A stretch of 64,000 nucleotides of DNA from NCBI RefSeq assembly GCF_009914755.1, contig NC_060932.1. One strand, written 5' to 3'. The position numbers were made by a program, and so were the translations under genes. Source of the DNA: the human T2T-CHM13v2.0 reference genome, Homo sapiens. Each line of letters opens with the position of its first letter. Position 1 is the first letter of the stretch. The notes under the pieces were generated by a model. It saw only the letters and a list, made by a program, of their open reading frames with translations, searched no databases and was not told where the DNA came from. Below, one piece after another: positions 16,196-28,263 of the stretch.

Positions 16196-16538
16196 GAGGA
16201 AGTTGCGTATCTTGTCACCTCTGGAGTAGTGGCTGGCAATCCTTTAGGTCTACAGCTTAGCCGAATTCAGGCTCCTCTATCCTCCTAGCCTGGTGGTCTC
16301 TCATTAGGTTTACAAAGGCAGTTGAGTTTTGGGGAAGGGCTAAACTGCACAAAGTTAGCTTGGCCCAAGCCCAGGGATAATTAAGGGCAGCTAAAGGAAA
16401 GGTGAGGGTTGGTTAAATCCCATCTCTTTCACTGCCATAATTTTCTCACTGTTATAATTTCTGCGAAGGTGGTTTCCATATCTATTTCAGTTTGCTAGGG
16501 CTTCCACAACAACATACCAGAGACTGGATGGCTCAAAC

Positions 16539-16961
16539 CAGCGGTCTCCAACCTTTTTGGCACCAGTTTCGTGGAAGACAATTTTTCTAAGGAGGGTAGT
16601 AGCGGGGTAGAGGTGGGATGGTGGTGGGTGATGGTTTTGGAATGAAACTGCTTCACCTCAGATCATCACACATTAGATTCTCATAAGGAGTGTGCAATCT
16701 AGATCTTTCTCATGCGCATTTCACAATAGCATTACCACCTGAGCTCCGCCTCCCGTCAGATGAGCAGCAGCATTAGATTCTCATGAGAATCTAACTGTCA
16801 TCATCTTGGTTTCGGCAGTTTCAGCTGGCTTCTCATTCGATTCTCATGAGAATCTAATGCTGCTCATCTGACAGGAGGCGGAGCTCAGGTGGTAATGCTC
16901 CCTGGCCCACTGCTCACCTCCTGCTGTGTGGCCTGGGTTCATAACAGGCCACAGGCTGGTA
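16539..16961 (+). mobile_element. MER1B (hAT-Charlie), internally rearranged, right terminus missing
   Basis: cagcggtctccaacctttttggcacc...gtttcgtggaagacaatttttc...gatcatcacacattagattctcataaggag...ctcacctcctgctgtgtggcc. Confidence 0.85.
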
Positions 16962-17051
16962 TTGCAGTGAGCCAAGATCACACCATTGCACTCCAGCCTC
17001 GGCAACAAGAGTGAAACTCCATCCCAAAAAAACAAAAAACAAAAACAAAAA
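16962..17051 (+). mobile_element. Alu 3' fragment
   Basis: ttgcagtgagccaagatc...cactccagcc, followed by an A-rich tail. Confidence 0.88.
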
Positions 17052-17561
17052 CCTTATTTCTTACAGTTCCAGAGGCTGGGAAGTACAAGATCAAGGTGGT
17101 GCTGGCAAGGCAGGTTTCAAACTGAGGCCTCTTCTCTTGCCTGGTGGACAGTCACCACCTTGCTGTATACTGACATGACTTCTTTGTGCAGGTGTTGGGG
17201 GTGGGGAGGGCCCTTCCTTTTATAAAGACAACAGTCCCATCAGATCTGGGCCCCACCCTTATGCCTTCACTTAACTGTAATTACCCCTTTGAAGGTCCTG
17301 TCTCCAAATACAGTCACATTGGAGGTTAGGGCTTCAATATATGAATTTGGGGCATTGAGGGGGACACAATTTGATCCATAACTATACTATTCTGCATAAT
17401 GTAAAAACAATCCAAATTAGCATAAGCCCTCTCAGAGATTACCACTAGAAAGGGAAGATACCTGTATAAACAACAAACACATGGATATAAAATGATCAAA
17501 CAACTCCAGGCTGGTGAGACTATTGTAGATAATAAGAGTTAGTTATCTGATAGGACTAGGG

Positions 17562-17745
17562 CAGGCTTGGCCAACCTGTGGCCCAACACAAATTCACAAA
17601 CTTTCTTAAAACATTATGAGATTTTTCTGCAATTTTTAAAAAAGTTCATCAGCTATTGTTAGTGTTAGTATATTCTATGTGTGGCCTAAGACAATTCTTC
17701 TTCTTCCAATCTGGATGAGGGAAGCCAAAAAATTGGATACCTCTG
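17562..17745 (-). mobile_element. MER30 (hAT-Charlie) DNA transposon
   Basis: Matches the recalled MER30 consensus; perfect 8-bp TSD GACTAGGG at 17554-17561 / 17746-17753. Confidence 0.85.
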
Positions 17746-17906
17746 GACTAGGGTAAGGGTGAGTGAATTGCTGAGGCTTCATATTTAAGGAGGCACTTAG
17801 TCTCAGGGCCATGTGAATGCACGGTTGGCATTTGCACCACCCAGAGAGTGAGCACCTAGTCCTGGCCCTGTTTCCAAGTCTCCACCAAAGAAAAAACTTT
17901 GAAACT

Positions 17907-18345
17907 GTCTTAGTTTGGGATCCTGTAGAAGCAGACTCTGAGGTAGAGACTTGAGTACAGATGGTTTATTGGGGAGATGCAAGGGCTGCTGGCAGGAAAG
18001 TGGGAAAGTGACAGAGAAGGGAAGGCAGCCGACAATGTGTGAATTATGAGACCAGTCACCCTAGGGAGTGATTAGACCTTAACCCATGGAGAACCCTGGT
18101 GTGAAGGACATTCCTCAGAATCATACCACCTGAGGGGTCGGGGAGCTGGGGTATTTATACACCACCTCCCCATCAGCTTTTGTTAAGAGCTGCTCTGGGG
18201 GCTGTGGCACTTCTGAGCAAAAAAGGGGCCAAAAATTCTCAGGCACAGAAGATGCAGATACTGAAAGTTTAGGGTACAAAGGATAGGCAGTGGTGGGGGT
18301 GGGTGGCAAGGGGGAGAACTGAAGGCATTGACACTGGCTGCTGCA
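17907..18345 (-). mobile_element. LTR16-like (ERVL) solo LTR
   Basis: tgtcttagtttggg...gaagcagactctgag...ggtttattgggga...ggggtatttatacacc. Confidence 0.65.
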
Positions 18346-19107
18346 GAAACAAAACTTAGATATTATTGAAAAAGCCTTCTACCTCCCCCAAAGCATGGGC
18401 ACTAGGTTTGACCTAGGTCTGGCCACTGGGTTGTTCCCAAGACTAGGCCTTTAGTTGCCCTTGGCTGTTGAGCCTGGTGCTAAAGAGGTTGATTCAAAAA
18501 TACTGCACCGAGAAGAAGCTAAATGAAAGCCAAAAAGGAAGAAGAATCTGGGAGTGCTGTCAATAGAGTGGAGGCTAGGAAGTTCCGGACAAGAGAAGGT
18601 TTGAAGCAGGCAGAGGTTGGGAAATGAAACCTGGAGCAAATCCTGTATCACAAGAGAGGAAATATAGCCACAGTGGCTTTGTACATTCTCCCATGACCCT
18701 GGGCAAGGGCAGGGCAGGAATATAATGGGGACAATGAACAAACAAGTGCCTGTGACAGAAGAAGGGAACATAGGGAGTCTTTAGACCATGCAATATTAGG
18801 GCCCAGAGGACCTGAAAAATCATATGCCCAAATCTCTTAAGTTACTGAAGCCCCAGTTTCTCCTACTTGGGCTCACAAGCATGTGGGCTCACTGTGCCCT
18901 CCTGTTGTCCCTCCTCAGGCTGCTCCTGTCCCCAGTGGGGAGTTTGCAGAAGGCTGATCATGGAAAACATGGTTCCTTTTCTCTCTTCCTCTCTACTTAG
19001 CCAAAATTCATGAGGTTCTTCTGGGATGGCTGTGCCTACTTTCTCACCTCCCATTCACTCCTTGCCTCTACCACTCATTCATTTATTTACATTCATTCAG
19101 CAAACTT

Positions 19108-19155
19108 TATATATATATATATATATATATATGTACATATATACACATACACACA
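19108..19155. repeat. (TA)n/(CA)n simple repeat
   Basis: Read directly. Confidence 0.9.
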
Positions 19156-19393
19156 CTGGGCATTCTGCTAGGTTCTATGGATACAAAGATAAGGTGCTTC
19201 CTATTCTTATAATGCACACAGTCTTGGGGAAAGAAATTCAAGTTGTATATGACAGTGGTTAGGAGCACAGACTTAAAAGTCCAACCACTTGGCTTTGAAT
19301 CTTCGCTCAACTACTTACTAATTATGCCCTAGGGCAAATTACCTCTTCCTGCTATAGTTTTCTCATCAGCACAATGGAGTTCCTCACAGTACC

Positions 19394-19759
19394 TCTCACT
19401 TGCATCCATGTGAAGAGACCATCAAACAGGCTTTGTGTGAGCAATAAAGCTTTTTAATCACCTGGTGCAGGGGGGCTGAGTCCAAAAAGAGAGTCAGCAA
19501 AGGGAGTTAGGGGTGGGGCAGTTTCATAGGATTTGGGTAGGTAGTGGAAAATTAGAGTCAAAGGGGGTTGTTCTCTTGGGGGCAGGGACGGGGGTCATAA
19601 AGTGCTCAGAGGGGGAGCTTCTGAGCCAGGAGAAGGAATTGCACAAGGTAATGTCATCAGTTAAGGCAGGAACTGGCCATTTTCACTTCTTTTGTGATTC
19701 TTCAGTTGCTTTGGGCCATCTGGATGTATACGTGCAGGCTTGGGCTTAGAGGCCTGACA
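19394..19759 (-). mobile_element. LTR7-family (HERV-H) solo LTR inserted in a MIR
   Basis: The minus strand starts TGTCAGGCCTCTAAGCCCAAGCCTGCACGTATACATCCAGATGGCC; 5-bp TSD GTACC at 19389-19393 / 19760-19764; MIR sequence on both sides (about 19250-19850). Confidence 0.92.
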
Positions 19760-20326
19760 GTACCTACCACCAATGGTCATTACAAGGATTATAGGAGAGG
19801 CCTCTAATGCATTTAGCACAGACCCTGGCAGATAGTGAATGGTCAATGATGATGAGCAGTCACTGTTACCAGCACGTACAGGGGGATAAGAGTCAAATAG
19901 GTGAGTGCAGGGGATGCTTTGGAACACATGGGCATGGTTCTTAACCTAGACCAGGCAGGGAAGTGATTTCAGGGAAGGTTTTTCTAGAATAGAAGAATGG
20001 CCTAAAATGAGTCTTGCTGTTTCCATTTTGGATCCTAAGGGCCTACCATATAGTAGGGACTCAAGTCCTAAGTGCTGAAATGCTGAGCATAAACACATAC
20101 ACAGAAACATGGACAGAAGGATGGAAGAGACAAAGAAAGCAGGAGTGGTGGTTAGACCCCACTGGTCACAGCTCATGCTCCTCTTTAAATGTCCTCTTAA
20201 ATGAACATTATGATTCTCTTCCCCAGCAATGGTAGACATTGCATTCCAATAATAGGCAATAATCAACTATGGAATTGTTTACAAAAGTTTTTTTTCTTTT
20301 AGTCTTGCGAAGTTTCATTCAGTTTC

Positions 20327-20943
20327 TGTAACTGTAATAGGTTCATCGCCCGATGCAAACAGCAAGTCAATATGCAGAGACACCAGCAGAGAAAGAGGGC
20401 CACCAAATGAGGAGATGGGAGGGAGCCTTAAACCTGTCTCCCAGAGGTGTCTGGGGATAGAGTTTTGAAGGGTTTTGAAGTGGGCCAAAGTGTGGAGGTG
20501 ATTGACTGGTTGAAGAGTGCAGGGTGGAGTCATGTGAAAGGGAGAGAAAGAAGCTGGATTCTCATGCTGATTCCATTCCTCTGTGGGGCTCTTCAAACTA
20601 TTGCTAGAATTTGGGGGTCTGAAAACTATCTTAAGATCCTTAAACAAAGGCTTGCTTATAGCTCGAAGCAGGCAGAGGATGGGAAATGAAAGCTGGAGCA
20701 AGTCCTGTATCAAAAGAGAGGAGCAATGGGGATGCAAACCAAATCTTAAGCAGTCTTATGACCCTGATGTCAGGAATCCTACCTACAGGAAGAATGGGAA
20801 TGCAAATGGTCAATATCTATTGCTACCTGACTTTTAGCAACAAGGAAGTGGGGTGGACAGCAGCCTACTAATGCTTAACCATAACAATATTTCTATCCAG
20901 AATCAGGCATGCAATTTTTATCAACCCCATGGGGATGGTTTCA
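20327..20943 (-). mobile_element. ERV1 solo LTR (MER49-like) carrying a templated insertion
   Basis: TG...CA ends, minus strand starts TGAAACCATCCCC; TSD TTTC at 20323-20326 / 20944-20947. The family name is tentative. Confidence 0.75.
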
Positions 20944-21758
20944 TTTCTATTTGGGCTTGAAGAGCCTTGGCTAATTTCAGAGACTGCTGTCCTCTGTCTT
21001 TTATTTTGTATTGGAGAAATTTCAGGAAATTATTCTGGTGCTTCCAGAACATTTGTTCATAGCATCATTTAATGTAAAATTAACATTTTAGGGATGATAG
21101 AATTTCTGAACAATGTTCTTGGATCTTTGGAATTATAATTAAATACATGTTCAGGGTGTTAAAAATTCAAGCACTATAGCTTGTACCAGAGTGTGGAAAG
21201 ACTATAGAGATGTTATGCTTTTTAACGGAAGTTGGCAGAATATGATGTCAAGATTAAAGAGCAGGCAGATTTATTTTGGCAGCTGACTATCCTAGGCCTA
21301 GTGAATTTCCCATCACAACCCATTAAGCAAGAGGAGAAAAAGCCTGAGTGTAGGATCTTTAGAATGAAGCCACAGCAGGAGCAGCAAAGGTTGGTTTAAT
21401 TATGTTAAAAGCAACCCTAAGACCGGAAAAAGCTTTTAACATTCCTAGCACATAAAAATAGTTGGTCTTGATGTTTTGCTGCTGAGCAATTGGGGAAATG
21501 AGTGTTTCTATTGTGGCCAAAAGCCTGCATATTTCTTTTATGACTCATCTCATGTCTGAATTATGAAAGTTTGGCATGCGGAAGGGCATGAAAGCCTCAC
21601 ATCTTCATTTCCAGTTAACCCCTGTCAGTATAAAGTTGGGCTGCACTTTAGGATGAAATCGTGTGACAATTCAACTCAGAGTATATTTTCTAGGACTGTT
21701 TGGTATTTGGAATAAGGAATGATTTCTCATCTCTAAATGTTTTCTAAAAGTAGACATA

Positions 21759-22050
21759 GGCTGGGCGTGGTGGCTCACGCCTGTAATCCCAGCACTTTTG
21801 GAGGCTGAGGCATGCAGATGACCTGAGGTCACGACTTCGAGACCAGCCTGGCCAACGTGGTGAAACCCCATCTCTACTAAAAATACAAAAATTAGCTGGG
21901 TGTGGTGGTGGACGCCTGTAGTTCCAGCTACTCAGGAGGCTGAGGCAGGAGAATCGCTTGAACCCGGGAGGTGGGATTGCAGTGAGCCGAGATCGCTGCC
22001 AATGCACTCCAGCCTGGATGACAAGAACGAAACTCTGTCTCAAAAAAAAA
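21759..22050 (+). mobile_element. AluS
   Basis: Alu consensus; TSD AAAAGTAGA(C/T)ATA. Confidence 0.93.
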
Positions 22051-25000
22051 AAGTAGATATAATGTCATATGCAAACAATAGCAGTAACCACAACACACAC
22101 TCCCCTTCTTGCTTTCTATACTGATTATAAAGATCTGGCTGATTGTAAAGATCAGTGCCCTGATATTGGGAAGCAATGATTATTGCTGAGTTTTATTTTC
22201 CTCATTTGTAAAATTTGAATAATATCTGCCTGGCTGGTTTGTTGTGGGAATTAAATAAGTGAATATATGTGAATAGCTTAGTACAATGTCTGACACATAC
22301 TCTTTGTTCAATAAACAGTAGCTGTTGTGAATGTTGACATAGTTAGTATTATTAATAATGCAATGGGAAAAACATTGGCCTAGACATCAAAAGGCTCTGT
22401 TTTCTCTAAGTAATTATTTAACCCGTTGCCTAACCTGTTTTGCTTACTGAGTCTATTTTAAGCCATAATTTTTCTCATCTTCAAAGAAGGAGTTTGGCCC
22501 AGATAACTTCCTAACTTTAGTATTTATGATTCTACGAATAACTGGTGGTCAGTATGGCGAAGTCCTCTCTGCTGCACCCCTTCAAGTCCCTGCGTCTTTC
22601 CTGAAATAATATTCTTCAACCACAAGCAAGTCTTGTGTCTGGCGTTCTGGGAGGAGAGCTTGAGCTGCACACTGGCCAGCTTTGTGTGGGTGCAGAATAG
22701 CTCTGCACTGCGGAAGGAAGGACTTTTTTGGGAAATGAATTCTAAGTCCAAGGACATAATGTCTAGAAGTGTCTTTTGGTACTAGTGGGTACACAGATAA
22801 AGTTCGGACTTGTCTCCAGGAGATACTGTTCCATTGTGAGAGCAAAGATTGATGGCTTTGTCCCATAGACCTTGATGGAATTTAACCATTTTAATTTGAC
22901 AACAAAGACATTTTCACCTGGGGAGATAGAATTCCCCAGACTGGCTCCAGTTAAGAGCAGGCAACCATAACAGCATAATAATTACCCCTTGCATCTGTAT
23001 AGTTTGTTGCCTCTACAAATCCCTTTGTCATACATTATGCCATTCCATCCCCACAACAACTGTGTAAGGTAGGGAGGGCAGCTATGAATATCCCCATTGC
23101 TTCAATAAGGAAGTGGATCTTCAGAGAGGTTGGTGACTTGCCTGGGGTTGCACAGCTCATAAGGGCATGTGCTAAGCCAGAGATGCTGGGCTTACTGGCT
23201 ATGTGGGGCACCTACACACCTCCTAACACCGTGTCTGAATAGCAGGAACTCGCCTTCTCCACTGGTTTCCCTGGAAACTGGCAAAATGTCTCAGCATCTC
23301 CATCAGATAACATTAAGCAAAGAAAAAATTTCAAAGAAGGGTCTGTGAGGGCAGTAGTTTGGCCAAATAAGCAGAAAGGCTAAGGAGAGGGGAGATGTCA
23401 CCCTCATTCTCTATCAAGAGGCTCCATATAATCCTTATCAATAAACACTTTTAAAAGGGCTGTTAAGTTATAGTCATCCAAATATGCATTAAAAAATCAC
23501 CTACGAAGGGCAACATTCAATTCAAAAGTACAGTTATTTAAGACATTTTAAGGAGAAACATATCTGTTTATTGTAAAGAAAAAACAGAGCATGTAAATAT
23601 TTTATTAATTGAATAATCAAATCCTAGAAGAACAGATTCAAGTTCATCAATCAGTAGAAAAATCATTCTTGGCCTATTCATAATTTTGCTTAGTCAGTTC
23701 TGCAGAGAGAAGATAATGGCATTTGACTTGCTTCTCTCTGATTTTCCTTGCTCGGGTTTGAAAAAAGAATCCGCTGTGGCTTCTGTCTCCCACATTCCTG
23801 GAGGCATCGTGTTCACTCAGGATGATGAAGTGGGAGTGCACTCGCTGAGGAGTCTTGGGGTGTTGAGTAGGCTCTCCTATCACTTACTCTGACAAGGGAC
23901 CACAAACACACAATGCTAGTCCTCGAGCCTTCTAGAAGCTGGACTGGGTGATCCAGAGGCCCCTTCTGGCTAGAAGGCCAGAGATGTCCTTTTCCCCTCC
24001 CAGGAATCAGCCAGCTGAAGTGTCCAAATCCGTCCTTCTATTCCCAGCAGGCATTATGCCCCCCAAATCAAGGGAAAGATAAAACTCCCAGAATCCCTCA
24101 CTTGATTTCCCCCACACCTTGTCATGGGAAGACCTACAGCTATAATCTGTGTGCTGGGAGAGACAGGTGTGTCGTATTTGAATATCCTACCAAGTCTTAG
24201 GAGACATGGAAGGCAGTGAGGTTTGGGAAAGACAGAATCCCCGCATAGCTTTGCTGCCCATGCCACATGTGAGAACCCTCCTGATGCTGCCAGGCCTGAA
24301 ATGCCCCAGAGGTACATAGAAATGCTCTACTCTGAACCCATTTAACCAGCTTCCCAAAGGTTAGGATTGCTTTATTTCAGCTCCAGAAGAAAGCCCTCAA
24401 ACTAGCTTTTTTTTTCACTATGGATTTCAATCTGTCAATCTGTACAATGTCTGATGTAGCAAAATCTAAAGGCATCTGAATAAAAGGCCTACAGACAAAT
24501 TGTGAATGCACTCCTATTAAACCCTTGGACAGATTTAAAGGCAATAATGATCTCCACTTCCCAAGGATAGGTTTTGCATAGGAGCGGCACTTTGGTCTTT
24601 CATCTTCTCAGAAGCCCTAGGAGGTAGGTATTACTACTGTTCTCACTTCAAAGTTGAGGACATTGAACCAGATAAGGTAGAATAATTAAGTTCACATAGG
24701 CAGTAAAAGCAGGAGCCGTACATAAATCCAGGCTCTTGCCTTTAGGCAACATTGCCTTCTAGATGGACAGGAAGGAACGGAGCTTCAGGCTAAAGAGAGA
24801 TCTGGAACTTGGGACTAGCTCATCAGCATGGCTGAGTGCTGCTTTTTTCAGTTCCTTCCTTGCTGCCTCCACATCCACTCTGATCTATACTCCATATTCG
24901 ATAAATGCAATAGCCCCATAATTTCCCTTAGAGGCATCTGGAAATATATAGGTCAAACTTAGAAAGGAGGAAAGTTAAAAAAAAAAAGACTCATGGGGGT

Positions 25001-26651
25001 TTCATGGGGCTCAGTATCAAAGCATGTGTGTGTGTCGCACGCACGCACACGCACTGAGCCTCGAATGCGGCCTCCCCACTGTGCACGTGAAGAGGAGAGC
25101 AAGACCTCTCTGTGCTGCAACAGCTCTGCGAGTGCTGCCCAGAGCAGATGTGGCCTCCCCGGCCTCATCACTTTACAGAGCAGCATCTCAGTTACAGCCA
25201 GCCACCCCACCTCGCTGCTTTCAGCTCCCAGCTCTCCTCTTTTTTTTTCTCTCCTGACCTCTCTATCCTTGCTGTGGATTAGCTCTGTGTGGCTAGCTTG
25301 GTCTGTACTTCCCCAAACTGAATCCCATTTCCTCTCTCCTGCTCTGCACCAGCTTTTTCGGATGTCTGTGTTGGTTTCCTTCTCCGGCCTTTGCAATACC
25401 CACTGTGCCTGCACTCTTCTGGGTTACTAAGAGTAGGTGTCAAACGAGGACAGCCAAGACCAGGTCTTCCGCTGGATGCTTCCCTGGAGCCAGCTACCAG
25501 CTCTCCCCCAAGATGGGTACAGAAATGCCAGTGCTTAGCCTCTAAGGCTTGCTTTGAATTCCAGCTCTGCCACTCGGACCAGTACTTCACTTCCTGAGTC
25601 TCAGTTTTCTTATGTGTATGATGGGTATAGCAATTTGTATGATGATATGATGGGTACAACAGTCTCTTCCTCAAAGAGTTGGGAGAAGTGAATGAGATAA
25701 TGGTATAAAACACTCGGCAGGGGCAGCTACAGAGAGAGTTCTAGCTATTAATATTATCAGTATGTTGTGACTGGTTCCTTACCTTTCACAGGACACAAAC
25801 TCTGCCTCATTTTCACTTCCTCCTTTTACATTTTTTTCTTTTAAACATACATTACCTGAATAACCTTTACACGTAGGTGTTATTACCCCAATTTATAAGG
25901 AAGAAAACAAAGCCACAGACAGGTTATGTAACTTTCCCAAGGTCACATCGTTTGAAAGAAGAGCAGCTGGGATTCAGTGGTCCACTCTGACTCCTTCAGG
26001 AGACAGCTGCAGGGTGTGTCAGGGTCCGTGAACTTTGCCGGGGACTGAGAAGACCAGATGATCAGACAGTGCCCTGCAGATGGGGCACAGAGAAAAGGAG
26101 AAACAGGCAGGTAAACAGATAATTATGGAATAGTGGGATAAAGGTATCCAAGTAGGCAGGCAGGGTCCTGGGGTGCCCCTGGGGGCAGGTCTCCAGAGCC
26201 CATGTTTTTTCCACCACTACTGTACTGATCACAACTCAAGCTAGATTATTTCCTGCTAGATTATGGGACACATTTGAGGAGAGAAAGAGTAATTCTGATA
26301 CAGGGTAGGGGATGGGGTAGCAGTGGAGAAGTCCATATAAGAGTAGGTGGCCTTATTAGAGTCAGATTTTGGAGGAAGGGACATAGGTAGAGAAGGTAGG
26401 AAAAGGCATTTCTAGGTGGTGAGACTAACATGAACAAAGGCAGAGGGGCTGAAGGACGTAGGATTCATGGTGGGCCAGAACATGAAAAGCCCAGAATGCC
26501 ATGGTAAGCAGCTTGGGCTTTATTTTGAAGGTAAAAATAGAACCACCTAAAAGGTAGGTCAAGATTGAAGCTATTTTGGGTGGCAGCATGCGTGTGGAGG
26601 CTGGACAGGAGAGAGGAAAGTTTCAGGCAGGAAAACCAAGAAGGTCCATAA

Positions 26652-26888
26652 TTTTTTTTTTTTTTAAAAGAGATGGGATTCACTGCAGCCTTGAAATCCT
26701 GGGCTCAAGCAATCTTCCCACCTCAGCCTACTGATTAGCTGGGACTACAGGCACATGCCACCATGCCCAGCTAATTTTTAAATTTTTTGTAGAGATGGGG
26801 TCTTGCTATGTAATCCAGGCTGGTCTCAAACTCCTGACCTCAGCCTCCTAAAGCACTGGGATTACAGGCATGAGCCACTGTGTCCAGA
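26652..26888 (-). mobile_element. AluJ with deletions
   Basis: Reverse Alu, partial. Confidence 0.85.
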
Positions 26889-27499
26889 CTAAGTCTAACA
26901 TTTTAATCCAGGTCAGTCTCAGTTACTATGACAGAGATGGTAGTGGTGGTATAAAATTCTCAGGACATAGGTTAGATACGAGAAGGAATGGGGAGATTAA
27001 GAGGGTCTAGTCAGAGCTCTGCTATGTTGACTAATCAAGCCAGCACCCAGTGGAGGAGTACAGTAAATCACAGTCAACTTGAACACAAAATATTTCCTAG
27101 GCCCAAAACAGGAAGTGCAAAAACATGACTGTAGGTATTGCATTGTCAAAAGAAGGAATGTATCGTGGAGGGGGAACTGCCATTGCCGAAACAATTAAAA
27201 AGAAAATAAACACAAGCACAGAGATGCAGAAGTTGGCAGCTCCAGGGGAAGGTGCCCCATGACCCCCAAATTCAGCAGTCTCATCCCTGAAGTGAGTGTT
27301 ATTTTGACCCAAGTGTGGGTCTTGATGTCATTAGCCTTTTAATTTATATCACTGACTCTCCTTGCTCTGACTTAATACTCACCAAGCCATCTATTGATTA
27401 TAAGTCTCCTTTTTATATAGATCCTCCTACAGAGGAAGAGAAACCTCTGAGCAGCCAACATGAATGTCCAGCACATTTGGCAAAAGGCAGTAGAGTGTG

Positions 27500-27730
27500 T
27501 CAGTAAAGAGCATGGGCCAACATGCTTGAGTTTGAAACTTTCCAGCTGTGTGGCTTTGGACAAGTTATTTCAAAGCTCTGCAACTCAATTTCCCTGTCTG
27601 TAAAATAAGGATGTTAATAGTACCCTCTCAAAGGGTCATTGTAAGAATCAAATGACAAAATGCATGTAGACACCTGGAAGAGTGTCGGCAAGTAGTAGAC
27701 GCTCAATAAATGATGAATGTTGTTATTACG
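27500..27730 (+). mobile_element. MIR SINE
   Basis: agctgtgtggctttggacaagttattt...ctgtaaaataaggatg...ctcaataaatg. Confidence 0.75.
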
Positions 27731-27834
27731 GATCTCATTGCCAACTGATAAATGGTGGCATTGTGGTTATATAAAACATCAGTCTCTCATGAGGATGGTA
27801 AGTGTGAGTCGGTCTTCAAGGGTGTGCTTTCCTA

Positions 27835-28263
<429 letters not shown>

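Larger units (their letters stand above)
14655..16477 (-). mobile_element. LTR8-family (ERV1) solo LTR, interrupted by MER41 and MER9
   Basis: The minus strand begins gaaaccaccttcgcagaaattataacagtgagaaaattatggcagtgaaagagat (LTR8A/B-like) and ends aacccactgggtagttaCA once the inserts are removed. TSD ATAT at 14651-14654 / 16478-16481. Confidence 0.8.
16482..17382 (-). mobile_element. MaLR LTR (MLT1A/B-like) interrupted by MER1B and an Alu 3' fragment
   Basis: tcagtttgctagggct...ggatggctcaaac, resuming at ttatttcttacagttccagaggctgggaagt and ending gggacacaatttgatccataac. Confidence 0.75.

Noticed and set aside
24959-25713. Overlapping 144-151 aa ORFs on both strands
   Set aside because: No recognisable homology or motif; partly simple repeat and MIR sequence.
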